In this document: positions 1 to 13,509 of the stretch, one piece after another
How positions within the stretch are numbered: position 1 is the first letter of the stretch
Layout: every line of letters begins with the position of its first letter
DNA from: Chlorokybus atmophyticus
Taxonomy: Eukaryota > Plantae > Mesostigma and Chlorokybus algae
Length of the DNA: 64,000 nucleotides
Direction of reading: 5' to 3'
NCBI GenBank assembly: GCA_009103225.1
Contig: RHPI01000797.1
Span: 619,064-683,063, forward strand
The notes under the pieces: generated by a model
The model's database searches: none
Told to the model about the DNA's origin: nothing
Seen by the model: only the letters and a program-made list of their open reading frames with translations
Position numbers and translations under genes: made by a program

Positions 1-2414
1 GGTAAACAGGTTGTTGGGTTTCACCTGCGCAAGGAGGTCCTGTCGCGATGACCTGCGCACTCGGGTGCCGGGGTCTGTCGCACGAACAAGCCCACACGAG
101 TCAGTGCTTGTGTGCTGGTATAACGTGTTGGTTTATACTGACAGTTTGTGCACATGTGATGATGTTGTCATGCGTGTACGACAATCTAGCCACATAACAA
201 GAGTAAGTGGAGGTGAGCAACACGGCAACAGCCTCGCGCTTATCCTGTATGCATATGGTGTAAGGAATCTGTTGGCCTGGGTTAAGTGGTAGAAGTGTGT
301 TGAAAACTTGCAACCCACACATAAAATGTGTGCAACTTAGAGCTTGGCGTCCAACTCTTACCGATCATGGGTTCGCTTCGGTCATTCGTAACAACCGTGC
401 GGCTTGTCCGACGCCCTGAATCAAAGTACTCAGGAGTCAGTATAACCATACATGCTTGCTGCAAGCTGCTACATCAAAGTATCCCGACAAAGTCTTACCT
501 CGAGTAATCTCCTGCAGCAGCTCTGCGCGCGAGCTCCTCCTCACAACAACTCCAGGCTCTGTTTATGTGGTTGGTTGTTTTTTCCTTTGTTGTGATTGAT
601 GTTTACTTGCATCAGCAAGCGATTTTCAGAAGTCTGGGTCTCTATGTTACCCTACCGATAATAGGTACGCTGCGGTCGTCTGTTTGCACGCTGCGGCTGC
701 CTCTCCGTCCTGTCAAGTTATTGCACAATACAAACCTACGTCACATCTTTGCAAGAAAGCCAACAGATCATATGTGCGACAAAGCAAGCATACGTGTGTG
801 TGCGTTCGTGCGTGCGCATGTATGTGCGTGCAGGCGCGCCTGCGTGCATGAGTGCATGCGTGGGCGCGCGTGTGGGGTTGCCTTTGGGCATTATGCATAA
901 GTCAACACGTGTTGCTATCAAGTGCACAATGTGGAGTAACCACAGGCACACCTCACCTTTGACCACCACCTCCTGCATCAGGGCACTCCGCACCTGCTGC
1001 TGCCTGCCTGAAAGGAGAGCCAAAACACGACAACAGAAGTATGGGTGTTTTGTTTGTTTAACAAAACCTATCTCTTGCAAGAGTATTGTGACTAACAGTA
1101 CTCTGTGATGCAGCATGTGAGTTGCACAGCCAGTATCACCACCACTGCCGTGAAGTGTTTGCCACTGGCGCTTCAGTAGTCTACAACTGGCATGCTACCA
1201 GCTTCCTGCCTGTAGCATGTGCTGCTGCCAGTAGGCCTACTAGCAGCAGACACCACTGGCAGCCAATTTTGCGGGAGCTACTACGTTTACGCTGCCATTG
1301 TCATCACGATGCTTCCCACAACGTTGATCTGGCAGATCGTATAACCAACCAACACAAGGCTGGATCATGTGTTGTCCTCCACTCGTACTCCTCAAGCTCA
1401 CCTGGATCTGCGTTGCTTCTGCCTGCATTGGTGATCGGCTGCCGTGGAGGTGGACTTACTGTTTTGCGCAGCGCGGGCTTGCTCGCCACCAGCTCCTCCA
1501 TGACAGATCTGTTTGTATGCTTTTCAATTGGCTTGCACACACGCAAACAAATACACATACATACCACATGTATACACACGCACGCACATGCGCTGAGAGA
1601 GAGAGGGGGAGAGGGAGAGAGAGAGGGTGCGAGAGGGAGAGCGAGCGAGAGAGAGCGGGAGAGAGCGGGAGAGAGCGGGAGAGAGCGCGAGAGGGAGCGA
1701 GAGAGGGAGCGAGAGAGCGAGCGAGCGAGAGCGAGCGAGCGAGAGAGAGCGAGCGAGAGAGAGAGAGAGAGAGAGCGCGAGAGCGAGAGCGAGAGCGAGA
1801 GAGAGAGAGAGAGANNNNNNNNNNNNNNNNNNNNNNNNNNNNNNNNNNNNNNNNNNNNNNNNNNNNNNNNNNNNNNNNNNNNNNNNNNNNNNNNNNNNNN
1901 NNNNNNNNNNNNNNNNNNNNNNNNNNNNNNNNNNNNNNNNNNNNNNNNNNNNNNNNNNNNNNNNNNNNNNNNNNNNNNNNNNNNNNNNNNNNNNNNNNNN
2001 NNNNNNNNNNNNNNNNNNNNNNNNNNNNNNNNNNNNNNNNNNNNNNNNNNNNNNNNNNNNNNNNNNNNNNNNNNNNNNNNNNNNNNNNNNNNNNNNNNNN
2101 NNNNNNNNNNNNNNNNNNNNNNNNNNNNNNNNNNNNNNNNNNNNNNNNNNNNNNNNNNNNNNNNNNNNNNNNNNNNNNNNNNNNNNNNNNNNNNNNNNNN
2201 NNNNNNNNNNNNNNNNNNNNNNNNNNNNNNNNNNNNNNNNNNNNNNNNNNNNNNNNNNNNNNNNNNNNNNNNNNNNNNNNNNNNNNNNNNNNNNNNNNNN
2301 NNNNNNNNNNNNNNNNNNNNNNNNNNNNNNNNNNNNNNNNNNNNNNNNNNNNNNNNNNNNNNNNNNNNNNNNNNNNNNNNNNNNNNNNNNNNNNNNNNNN
2401 NNNNNNNNNNNNNN

Positions 2415-2478
<64 letters not shown>

Positions 2479-2551
2479 CAGATCGCACATGCACTGATTA
2501 CACTTACTTGCGCCTTCTCTCCACCAGCACCGTCTCGCCTCCCCTATCCAT
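1..2551 (-). CDS. Multi-exon actobindin/WH2-repeat-like protein (3' end may run off the window)
   Basis: GT-AG exons read by hand: 2551-2508 (MDRGGETVLVERRRK), from ~1508 (SVMEELVASKPALRKT), 1007-957 (RQQQVRSALMQEVVVK), 709-656 (GRRGSRSVQTDDRSVPII), 558-499 (EPGVVVRRSSRAELLQEITR), 415-362 (GRRTSRTVVTNDRSEPMI), from 74 (DPGTRVRRSSRQDLLAQV). The repeat unit is helix + LRKT-like motif + TxDRSxPxI, as in actobindin/WIP WH2 repeats. Exons between 1010 and 1450 are unresolved. Confidence 0.6.
1595..2476. repeat. (GA)n/(GAGC)n microsatellite in intron 1, spanning a 600-N assembly gap (1815-2414)
   Basis: Seen directly. Confidence 0.95.
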
Positions 2552-2822
2552 CCACTCCCCCACCACCACCGCCGCCGCCGCCGCCCAGCACAGCAGAGAC
2601 CTGAGGTCTGAGCTCTCAAGCGACGTGGTTTAAAGCCACGTGCAGTTAGACGACGAGACCCAAGCTAACTGACCAACTTGACATCACGCATTACATAAAA
2701 CATACCGCAACACATAGCGCACTACGCGTTACGCATGACGAGTAGACCGGTGAGGCCGGCATCCATCGGTCGGCGCACTGCCAGCTGTAAAGTGCAATCG
2801 CCAATTTCTTTCGGGGCGGAGA

Positions 2823-2832
2823 TTTAGGGTTT
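2823..2832 (+). promoter_or_regulatory. Telo-box-like motif (TTTAGGGTTT) at the start of the SUMO 5' leader
   Basis: Plant telomere repeat in a divergent promoter, upstream of a probable 5'-UTR intron (donor near 3016, acceptor 3380). Telo-boxes are known near plant transcription starts; function here is inferred. Confidence 0.45.
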
Positions 2833-3386
2833 GGGCGGCGTCGGTGTCAGCATCGTCATTGTTGTGGTGTTGGTCGTCGTGGCTATCAGGAAGGTGCTGA
2901 GGGAGGTTGCCTGTTGAGAGTTGGGGGTTGCTGCCTCCAGGTTGATTGCAGCCGCATCGTTAGCTCTTTGGCCGGTTGCGGCCCCTTCGCCCAAGGGCTT
3001 AGGGTTGTCTGTCAGGTAAGCCTTTGCGTCATTGTGTACTGTAAGTTCCTGGCCTCTTGCATGCATGGTAGCACCGGTAGATCTACTGCAGCATGTTGCA
3101 TGCACGCTCTCTTATGACAGTGCTGTCACTCACTTGACGTGATCGTCCACACTCAACTTCTTGTTAACAGCTTTTGAATCTCTAGCAGCCTAGGCCTAGT
3201 CTGCTGAGTGTACGCCTAAGTTACACTTGCAATATTGAGCAGATATATGTGCATAAAATTACCCCAAAGAGGAGGTTTTCTTACTGCCGAACTCTAGGCA
3301 GTTTGTGCTGTCAAGTGTGCTGAAGTGGCCTGCTGTCGTCACTCCTTTTCCTGTGGTTGCGTACAGTTTGAGTGCCACAGCCAAGC

Positions 3387-4000
3387 ATGGACGCTGACGA
3401 GAGGGAGGCGGGAGACACCGCTCCCAAGAAGGAGTCCGGCTCTGAGCACATCAACCTCAAAGTCAAGGGCCAGGTGCGAGGGGCCACTCTGGTCTTACTC
3501 TTCATACAATCTTCACTTTGCCCTAACCTTAGACGCAATCACTGGAAAAGAAACATTCTTTGTTTTTGTGCTGAGCTTCTCAGCAATTGTTTCCGTCAAG
3601 CTGTGTATCCATGACCTGAGGTCACTGCGGCAACGTCGTGCTGATGGTGTGCTGCATGGTTCTTGTGTGCAGGATGGCAACGAGGTGTTTTTCAAGATTA
3701 AGCGATCAACAGCTCTGAAGAAGTTGATGACCGCGTACTGTGACCGCGTGTCGGTGGAGCCAAATGCGATCGCCTTCCTGTTTGATGGCCGGCGATTGCG
3801 CGAAGACCAGACCCCTGATGAGGTATGCTGCATCATGTGCGCAGTAGTACCGTCCCATATGGATTTACGTGCATGCATATAATGCACTATTCGAGGAGAA
3901 GTCTTGTGAAGCATAATTCTGATGTGTGCAGCTTGAGATGGATGACGGCGATGAGATCGATGCCATGCTGCACCAAACTGGTGGGATTCTTCTAGAGTAA
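3387..4000 (+). CDS. SUMO: Small ubiquitin-like modifier (SUMO)
   Basis: Exons 3387-3473, 3673-3822, 3932-4000 with GT-AG borders give [28 protein letters not shown]...FLFDGRRLR...[10 protein letters not shown] followed by a 4-aa extension (ILLE). Confidence 0.97.
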
Positions 4001-4510
4001 GAGTAACCACCCCTCCTGGCTGCTCAGACCTGTGGCAACTAGCACGCGGATTGCAACGAAGGATAAGACCAACATGCGCACAATTGGTCCTGCCCCCCGG
4101 GCTTCGCCCGCCCCCTTGTACACACTTCATCCTATATTTACACTTGCATAACAGCAGCGCTGTTGAAATTGTCCTGCGAGCTGCGTCAGCCATGCCAATT
4201 CACTGTAATCACGTTAGAGTCGGTTGCGATTGCCTTCAAGGAGGTCAAGTTGTATTGCTGCGCGTGGATTTTGCAGCTGCACGACGCAACCACCCGTTGG
4301 GGTATCGATCAACACAGCATTTGCTCGGTTGTTGGAGCATATTGATGATGCTTGCATTGTCCTCATTGTGCGTGGCCTCCCTTATGGCTACACACGGCAC
4401 ATTCATCTGTAGTGGTGTAATTCAAGCTCTGCTGTGAACGCCGCACTCAAAGAGTGTGGTCGTGCGCCATTGTGAACTGGATGAGTTTTTGACAGTTACT
4501 GCACAAAAAA

Positions 4511-4513
<3 letters not shown>

Positions 4514-4560
<47 letters not shown>
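4514..4560. repeat. (TA)n microsatellite
   Basis: Seen directly. Confidence 0.95.
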
Positions 4561-4565
<5 letters not shown>

Positions 4566-5098
4566 ATGCGCGCAGCTGGTGGCGTGTGCTAGGTCCGAGT
4601 GCATTAGCCAGCTGATGGCGTGGTTTGCACAGGTTTGATCTGGTAACGGCGACACTGCTAGACACAGATGTCCCCTTCACTTGTTGCAGTACAAAGAAGA
4701 CATGCAACACAACTGACCTGCAACCAGCGGTCTTCAATGAGACAAAGGCATTAACCTTGTCAACCTGCCCCTTGCGTGTCTAACTAGAATCAGATCATAC
4801 ACGCCGCAGCTATCTGCTTTCCAACGTGGTCATAAGCAACAAGTGTCTATACACTGACACACTACTACTATGTACACATGTTACTGGTACTGCAATCCTT
4901 GACATTACACCACAGCACCGCACACTGTCGTGCCAGCTCGCGCGCATGGCCTTCACACCACCCAACTGCAGGCACACACTCACAACCAATGCACATGGGC
5001 ATGTTGACGACCTACTACGGAATGGCAGTGCTGTCACTCGAAGCCCACTGCAGTGGTGCCGCTGCCACTCAATGACTAAGCCTTGATAAGAATTATAC

Positions 5099-6549
5099 TC
5101 ACAACCGCGATTGGTTGCGCTTTGCTGCCATTCGTGCTGCTAAGTCGAGCAGCTTCCTATGAACATCATCAAAATGAGGTGAAGTAGCTGCTTGCACGGC
5201 CTCCAGCCACCGCTGGACTCTTGCGTACGGCCCAATCAGCTGCTCCCAAGAGAAACCATTCTCATCACCACTCGCACGGAGCATCTATGGACACAGCACT
5301 GTTTGTCATCACAAGCTGTGATTCACAACGCCACCATCTGCTGATATATCGAGCTGTGTGCAATGCATCAGCTTACTGTGCAACAACCGGCCATCACACG
5401 CATGATGCTGCCGCTATGCAGAACAATATTGAACAGGTCTGCGAACCAAGTCACACGCTCTCTCACCTTCAGCTGCATGATCTCGCACGCAACACTTATG
5501 TCAGCAATAGACATTTCCTGCTGGCCAGCCAGGAAGGGCTCGTTGTCCTTCAACCAGGCGTTATTCATGTTCTTGAGCGCTTGGGTTAGTAAACTGGCCG
5601 AATCCTTCGCTGCTTGCATATCCACTGGAAAGCCGAGGTTCGGGCCGACCACCAGTGCGAATGCGATGCCCACTGGCAAACACAGCTGGCGTCAAGATCT
5701 CTTATGCAGCTGCGTGAATGTACTTGCATGATGACGTGGCACTGTGCGCATGCTTGCTAACACACTGAGGATGCACATACACGCACGCACTTGACCCCCG
5801 TCGAGTGTTGGCATGGTGCCAGTCAAGCACCGAATCTACACGCGCGCGCTGCTTGGGGTCTGCTGGATACCTAACGTTGATCATCAAAAATCACACAGCT
5901 GATCTGCCGTCGATTTTGCTGACAAGGTGTTCATGCACCTCATTGAGTATCGTGCACAGGCAAACCTACCAGTGGTCTGGAGTGTGTCTTGTTGTGGCAA
6001 GGTAGCGCAGTATCGCATGACTGAAGCAACGATATGAGCACGAGAACAACACAGAGCAAACAACAACGAGCTAGCTATGTGTGGCATGTGAGATACGGAC
6101 GACGAAAGGGCAGTCCGTGTACCTTTCAGGCAGAAGGAAACCACAATCATCCATGCATGGCAGCTTCTTCAAGGGGTTGATTGCTGCAGCACAGTACAGC
6201 AGGATGAGCAGCCGATGGCAAGCGCAAGCTGAATGTTGCAGACTGTGCACGACCATGGAACGGGCTTGCCTGTGACGCAATCTGCCTATGCAAACAAGCA
6301 GATTAACAAATAAGCGCACCTGCATAAGGCGCTTTGAGATGCTCGCGCTTGTAAATGTTCACAACTACAAGCTCGTGCTCTATATCATTGCACCTGTGAA
6401 GCACAGGATGAGACGAGATTAACTAGCGATGCATGGAGGGGAGGCAGCAAAGCGAGCACTAAAGCAAGCGCCTGCAACCTGCAAAACAGTACAACTGAGC
6501 GGCTTGGCTGCGACATTAAGTCTACATAGAGCTTAATGGGGACCGCCAT
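5099..6549 (-). CDS. GSTT: Glutathione S-transferase, theta class
   Basis: Spliced: MAVPIKLYVDLMSQPSRSVVLFC / INPLKKLPCMDDCGFLLPES / HAILRYLA / YPADPKQRARVDSVLDWHHANTR / SIADISVACEIMQL. Has the theta N-terminal SQPSR catalytic-serine motif. Confidence 0.92.
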
Positions 6550-6873
6550 GACGCTTTGCGTGGCACCACGTCCCCCTCAGCTACACGCACAGCACTTTCT
6601 CGCCTATGCCACCACCGGCTCCGTTAACAAACCCCAGCATACGTCAGCTTCCCAGTGAAGTGGCTGCTTAAGTGACGTTACTAACCGAGCAGCTGTGCGG
6701 ATTTACTTGGTTAGGTGAGCAAATAATGGTTAGTTGACAGCACTTGACCAGTGGCTAATCTTTGCCAAACCGCGGTTTAGTTCAAGTCTGCGCGGGAAAT
6801 GCTGTGTGCGGCCTGGCCTGGTCAGCCTGGTAGGCTGCGGCCTGGTCGGCCTGGTCGGGCGGCTGGGGTGATC

Positions 6874-9800
6874 ATGGCGGGGCGACAGAGGCGAGGGGCT
6901 GCTCCTGCTCCTGCAGCTCCAGCTCCAGCAGCGGGGCAGACCATGTTGTCCCGCTTCTTTGCGCCTAAGGCGACATCACCAGCAGCAGGAGAAGTGAAGC
7001 GTGCAACGCCGGACGATGAGCTGCCAGCGCCTGAGGCAGCTCCTTCGCCGCCTCCTGCGGCTGTGATTAAGCTTATAGACGACGTTGCTGATGTGGATGC
7101 TGTCAGCGACGATGCCGGCGAAGAGCTGCACACAGTCCCTCCCAGCACGGCTGCCACCACCCCACCATCCCCTCTCGTCCCAGCCAGAAACGCAGCCAGG
7201 TTGGCAACTGAGCAGATCATATACGCAAAGAAGCATGCAGTCTGTGTGTCCAAATACATGGTTTGCTCAGCAACGTTGCATGTATAGCTGCAGGTCACTT
7301 GCATGCAGTGTACGCAGGCCTGAGCACGTTGACGCAAAAGGGTCGTTTGTTTGTATAATCTTAGTGAAGTTCATGTTGATGTGTATGCATGCATAGTGTC
7401 ACATGAAGTGTTTGTCTTGCCAAGTATTAAGGCAGAGTTTGTGGCGCACGCGGAACTTCATAACTGAGCAGCTGCAGAGATGCTACTCATATACTGCTTA
7501 CAACCAAACCATGTGACACAAAAAGCATCCAGCTCGGTGTATTCCGCATGCAGCGTCATCATCACACTTGAATCAGTGCTGCGCACTAGTGTAACGCAAT
7601 GCGTAGTCTCCAGCGGCATGAGGAGGACACGTGTTTCTTATCAAAAGTGATAATTTTAACGGCAGGCCGTTCTCCAAAGCCCGCAAAGCTACTGCAGCGT
7701 TTGACCCGGTCGCACGCCACAAGGAGTATGTGTCGCGCTTGCTGGCACGATCCGACAGCCAAGGCGGGACTGCTTTGCATGCTAGAAGCAGCAACGGTCA
7801 CCAATCATCACGCCCAGGAATGCTTACAGGGCAGAAGCTCACCCCACTTGAACAACAGGTGCCTCATTGGTCTTGTTGGGTGCGGTCTGGCTGCAGAACG
7901 CAAGCGTGCATGTTGTTGATGAGGTAACTCTTTGTGAAGGTGGTGGAGTTCAAGGAAAAGTACCCTGATGTCCTCCTGATGGTTGAAGTGGGTTACAAGT
8001 ACCGTTTCTTTGGCGCTGATGCTGAGATTGCAGCAAAGGTACATGATGCGTGTAACGACTTGGTGAGTAGTTGGCGCACCCATGTGAGCGTGGCTGATGT
8101 TTTCCAGGTGCTTGGCATTTTTGCACATTACAACCACAGCTTCCTAACTGCTTCTATACCCACTTTTCGCCTTCACGTACATGTGCGAAGACTGGTCGAG
8201 GCTGGCTACAAGGTGAGGCCACTTGATTGTACGTATCACTACTTACTTACTTTGCTTCAAGGCAACATGCAGTCACAGGTTATACAAGCTGTTGCATCAT
8301 GCAGGTTGGTGTTGTAAGGCAAACCGAAACGGCTGCAATCAAGGCTACGGGCGCAAACGGTAACCGTAGCGGACCTTTCACTCGTGACCTGTCTGCGCTG
8401 TACACAAGAGGTGAGCATCAGGGCTATCAGTAGTTTGGTAATAGTTCATATCCGTTGCTGAACAAAGCGCACCCTTTTGCAGCTACTCTGGAAGCAGCTG
8501 CTGACCTGGGTGGGGACACTCAACCTGGTAGAGAGATTGGAACCGAGCGCATGACTAGTTATCTCGTTTGCATCACCGGTACGTTCTTGCGGAACTCCAG
8601 TTTGTACACGTGTGCAATGTCTGCTGTCGCTGCAAGCTATGGACCTCTTGCAGAAGAACGCGTTGAGGGCGAACAAGGTCAGGGTGGGAGAGGAGGCGCA
8701 CTCGCACATGATGCACGCATTGGCTTTCTGGCTGTGGAAGCGTCAACTGGTGACATTATATATGACTGCTTTACGGACAGTGTGAGTTGAAGATAACTTT
8801 TCCGCAATACTGTCTGCGTGCTGCACCCTTCACTGCATCTGCTGGCCTTCAAGCGCTGCTTTGTTGTTCAAGCCTGTTTGCTCAGACATGTCCATCTTAT
8901 CTGCCTAAACTTGCTGCATGTGATAGGTGTTGCGCAATGAATTGCAAACCCATCTCTCTACCATTCCCCCGGCGGAGGTCCTCATGCAAGAGTCCCTTCA
9001 TTCTGCCACAGAGAGGCTGATCAACTCCTACTGTGCGCCCACTGCTGGCGTCCGTGTGGAGCGCATGACTGTTGATGAGAGTGGAGCAGCGAGTGTCGTG
9101 GACTTCTATGGCGAGGAGCAGGGAGAAGAGGCCAGCTCGACACTGGCTGCAGTGTTGGAGTTGCCACAGCTGGTGCTGAAGGCCCTTACCATGGCACTGA
9201 ATTACCTCCGTCAGTTTGGACTTGAGGAGGTATGCAGAAACTGTAACACGTCTGCTGCCATATCTTACCTTGCAAGCATTGGTCATCTTGAGCATCAATT
9301 CTCTTTCACAAAGTACTGCATGTGGTATAATCAGAATCCAACAAGGTGGTCTTCTTGCGTGCCGCAAATTAGCATGCATGGCATGCTACCAACACTGGTG
9401 CTCAGGTGCTACGTAACCACGCCACCTTTCGCTCCTTTGCGTCTGCAGCAGAGATGACTCTCTCCCCCAATGCGTTAAACCAGCTTGAGATTCTCTCCTC
9501 CAACTTGACTGGCGCAGGCAACGAGCGCGGGTCTCTCCTCCACCTTCTCGATCACACGTGTACTCCTTTTGGCCGACGGCAGCTGCGCGAATGGGTTTGC
9601 AGGTCAGCATCCATCTTGCTGTCTTATGCCATACACATGTTGTCCCAACAACAGAGTATCATGTCAGGCCCCTGAAAGTGAAGGAATTGATTGAGGAGAG
9701 GCTTGAGGCTGTGGAAGAGCTCATCGGTGTTGCGGACGATGGTATAGGGCGAGACAAAGGATTTGCACGAGGGAGTCGGGGTGCAGGAGTGGCAGACATG

Positions 9801-12568
9801 GACGATGGTCCAAGTGTCAGTGGAAGGTAACTTGGAACTCCACTGTTGTGTTGTACGTGTAAGTACAAGTATGCGCTGAGCATGCAACTCACTTGTCGGA
9901 ATCCTCGTTCAGGTCTCATAAACGGCAGCGCCGCCTTCCATCATCATCCCCTTTGGCCGCGCTTGCCTTCGCTCTTGTGGGCCTCCCTGATCTGGACCGT
10001 GGCCTAGCTCGCATGTTCCACCGCACTGCAACGCCGGCCGAGTTTCTTTCTACTGTTTCTGCCCTCACTTCTGTATCACATTCGTTATCACAGGTAAGTG
10101 TGGAGTTGTGTCCACACCTACGTTGCTATGGTCGTCCTGATCACGGCTATATTGATTTGCGTAGGCTGGCTTTGAAGAGGACTTCCTGAACAGTGCCATA
10201 AAGTCTTTGTTATTGAGAAGATTGGTGGCAGATGCGGTGTCGCCCAAGGCAGCTTCAGCGGCAGCAGAGCTGCTGGCTGCCCTGGATGCCAAGTCTGTGA
10301 GTGCTGGAGACAAGTGTGGGATGTTTGTCTGCGAAGGAGGTAGATTCCCCCAGGTCAGGGTGTTGGGCACGTTCAACTCCACTAGACAGCAACTAACATC
10401 AAGCGTGACTCACAATGCAATGTGGTTAGGCCAGCCAACCGCTCCACTGATTGCAGATCGAGTCAACTTAGTGCTTGCGGCAGGTAGCAGAGTGCAGGAG
10501 AGCGCTGCAGCAAGTGGAGGGTGAGTTGGACGCGGAGCTCATTGCCATACGCAAGAAGCTGCGCATGCCTCGCCTGGAGTACCGCACCATCGCTGTCACT
10601 GAATATCTCATCGAGGTGCTTGCAGTCTTGCTGCTTGCACATAGCTTCTCACCTTTTCATTGAACATGACACCGACTGTTGTGCGACGCCATATTAGGTG
10701 ACTGTAGGAACAAGCGTGCCATCAGACTGGCTCCGAGTCAACTCCACAAAGAAGGAGCACCGGTATCACCCGCCCCGCGTAGCAAACCTGCTTGAGAGGG
10801 TACCACACTTTGCACAACCAATGAATTCCAGCACATAGCATGAGTCATTGTGGTCACTGACATGCGGGGAATGTGATAGCGAGCAGTCAAAAAGGAGGAG
10901 CTGACGGCAACCTGCACAAGGGCGTGGGTAGAGTTTCTCAAGGAGGTGGCTGCTGGAGAGGGGTTTACGCAGTTGCGCCAAGCTGCACGCGCTCTTGCAG
11001 CCATTGACGCTTTGCATTCCCTTGCCGTGACAGCCCGATCACCTGTAAGCTTTTGCGGCTGTACATTACTGCCATGGGGCATATTGCCTACCTATTTGTT
11101 GGTGTTGTGTTGCATCATGGTGCTGATCTAGCATGTCTACAGAGCTATGTTCGGCCACAATTTGTGAGCGAAGATGAGTCACCTCAAATCGACATTGTTA
11201 GTGGAAGGCATCCGATTCTGGATGCTGTGCTCAATGGGCAGTTTGTGCCGAACGAAACCAGGATGGAAGGCGACGGAGAACGCTGCCTCATCATCACTGG
11301 TCCAAACATGTAGGCCTCCAGTTGCATGAACATGTGGGATGGGTCGTGAAAAACGCAGCGCATTGCACTGACCCCTCCTCTGCAGGGGTGGGAAAAGCTG
11401 CTATGTCAAAGGTGTTGCGCTCATAGCCATCATGGCACAGGTTGGTGGGTGAACAGTGTATGGGTTGTGGTAGCTACACCCTCCAGTTGCTCACTTGAGT
11501 AACTAGGTGGGCTCCTTTGTTCCGGCGGATAGTGTGAGGATGCATGTGGTTGATGCTGTGCACGTGCGAATGGGCGCATCAGATGCTCTCGCAGCTGGTC
11601 GATCTACGTTCTTTGAAGAAGTGAGCGAAGCAGCAACGGTGTTGTTACGTGCCACGCCCCGCTCACTCGTTGTCCTGGACGAGCTTGGACGAGGCACGAG
11701 CACTCATGATGGTGTCGCCATCGCATATGCCACCTTGCAAGTGAGTACCACGAAGTTTTTATGACAAGGAGGCCAGCATTGTCTGTGTGCTGAAACCCTG
11801 CATTCACACATGTGTTCTATGTTGTATTCTCTCTGTGACAGTATGATAACATGTGGTCTTGTGCACCAATGCGCAGCACCTGGTGGCGCAAACACAGTGC
11901 CTCACCCTCTTTGTGACGCACTATCCAAGTGTGGCGAGCCTCTGTAGCGAGTACCCTCGCAACGTTGGCGCGTACTACGTGTCTTACCTGGCAGAGAGGC
12001 CAGCCGGCGTCAATGACGGCGACACCGACATGCACGGTGCAGATAGGCCGGAGGAGATTGGTAGTGTCGCGGACGGGAGGACAGACCATGTTACATTCCT
12101 TTACAAACTTGTACCGGGCTTGGCGGATCGCTCGTTTGGCATGCATGTAGCAAGAATGGCTGAGGTGAGCAGCTGCTTCGCAGCGGACCATGTGATGAGT
12201 ACAAGTCAACTTGTTGCTTGTAACGTGTTGATTTGTCTTCATGACATGTGAAGGAGACAAGTTAGCGTGCTACATACCGCTTGTTGCATGTTGCTCTGTG
12301 CACACATACTCAACCATTGGGTGCACGACAGGTGCCAGAAACAGTCATCATGCGGGCTGCCCAGAGGGCAGCGGAGTTTGAAGAGGCAACACAGTCACGT
12401 GAAAGTGGTGGTGCCAGTTGTGCGACAGATGCCGTGTGCGCGCCTGTTTGTGATGCACGTGATTCCAGTGTCGCAGAACACCTCGTGCAAATTGCACGCA
12501 AGCTAGGTGATGATGTTGATGTTGAAGAGCTGTGTCGGCTTCAGCAGACTATACCAAATCTGACTTGA
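6874..12568 (+). CDS. MSH3: DNA mismatch repair protein MSH3 (MutS beta subunit)
   Basis: PIP-like [11 protein letters not shown]3-type [16 protein letters not shown], spliced P-loop [35 protein letters not shown]. Multi-exon; the junction after exon 1 is not resolved. Confidence 0.95.
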
Positions 12569-13509
12569 AGTTGATTTCGATGTGTTGATAACATGTAACA
12601 TGCCTGCGTGCGTGTACACTCTTGACAGTGTATATATGTATATATGTATGATGATGCAAGAAGTGTGCTGTAAAATCTACACTGTTGTACATCATGTGTG
12701 ATCACAAAGACATACAGGTACACGTTTGGTGATATTGTGAGTAGCAGAAGGCCCGGCTGTGCTTGCCGCAGCACTGGCTGAACACAAGTGTTCTCAGTAG
12801 TGCCTGTCGTTTTATGGGCAAATATGCATGCCAGAGTAAACTGGAAACCTTGTCACGACCAGCAAAGCAGGAAATGCAGCAAGTCAGCTGGTTTCCTTCT
12901 CATGGCGAGGCGCTGAAAGGCGACAGCCCCCGTTACCATGGCGACTAGCTAAGTAATTAGGCTAAGTAATCAGGTAGTGTACAGAAAATGCACGTGATCA
13001 TGATACATGCAACATGCATGACACATGCATTGTTCACCAAGCTCATCATCATGCAATAATTACTTACCACCGGGGTCTACCAACACTAGCCACACGTAAC
13101 TATTGTAACTACTGCCTTCAACCCCCATCAGACATACATGCATTTGCTCATCACCTGCACGCGTGTGCAGTCAGTTAGTCTTGCAGTTCTTTGCAGCAGC
13201 CAGGAGCATGAGCAGCCGACGGACTCCCACTCCCCCTCTCCCGTTCTCCTTCACCCACAGCCTCACTCCTGCCATCTCCACGCTCTGTATGTTGTAACCC
13301 TGGCTGAGGGCTCCTCAGCCCCGCCCCTCAGCCCCGTCCCTGTGCCCGGCCTTTGCGCCCTGCCCTGTCGGTGTTGTTGCACTAGCAGCTGTTGTATGTG
13401 CCGGTTAGGCGCTGGCAGTGGGGTTAGGTGGTGGGGTTGGCCTTTTGTCGTCGTAGCATGGGCAAGCTGCACTACCAACAGCCTGCTCCCCGTGCATGTG
13501 TCACATCCT

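Noticed and set aside
1122-2633. Long ORFs of 325-503 aa in several frames
   Set aside because: They run through a GA microsatellite and a 600-N gap; artefacts.
4051-4800. ORFs between SUMO and GST
   Set aside because: No motifs or consistent splice pattern; includes a (TA)n tract; likely 3' UTRs.
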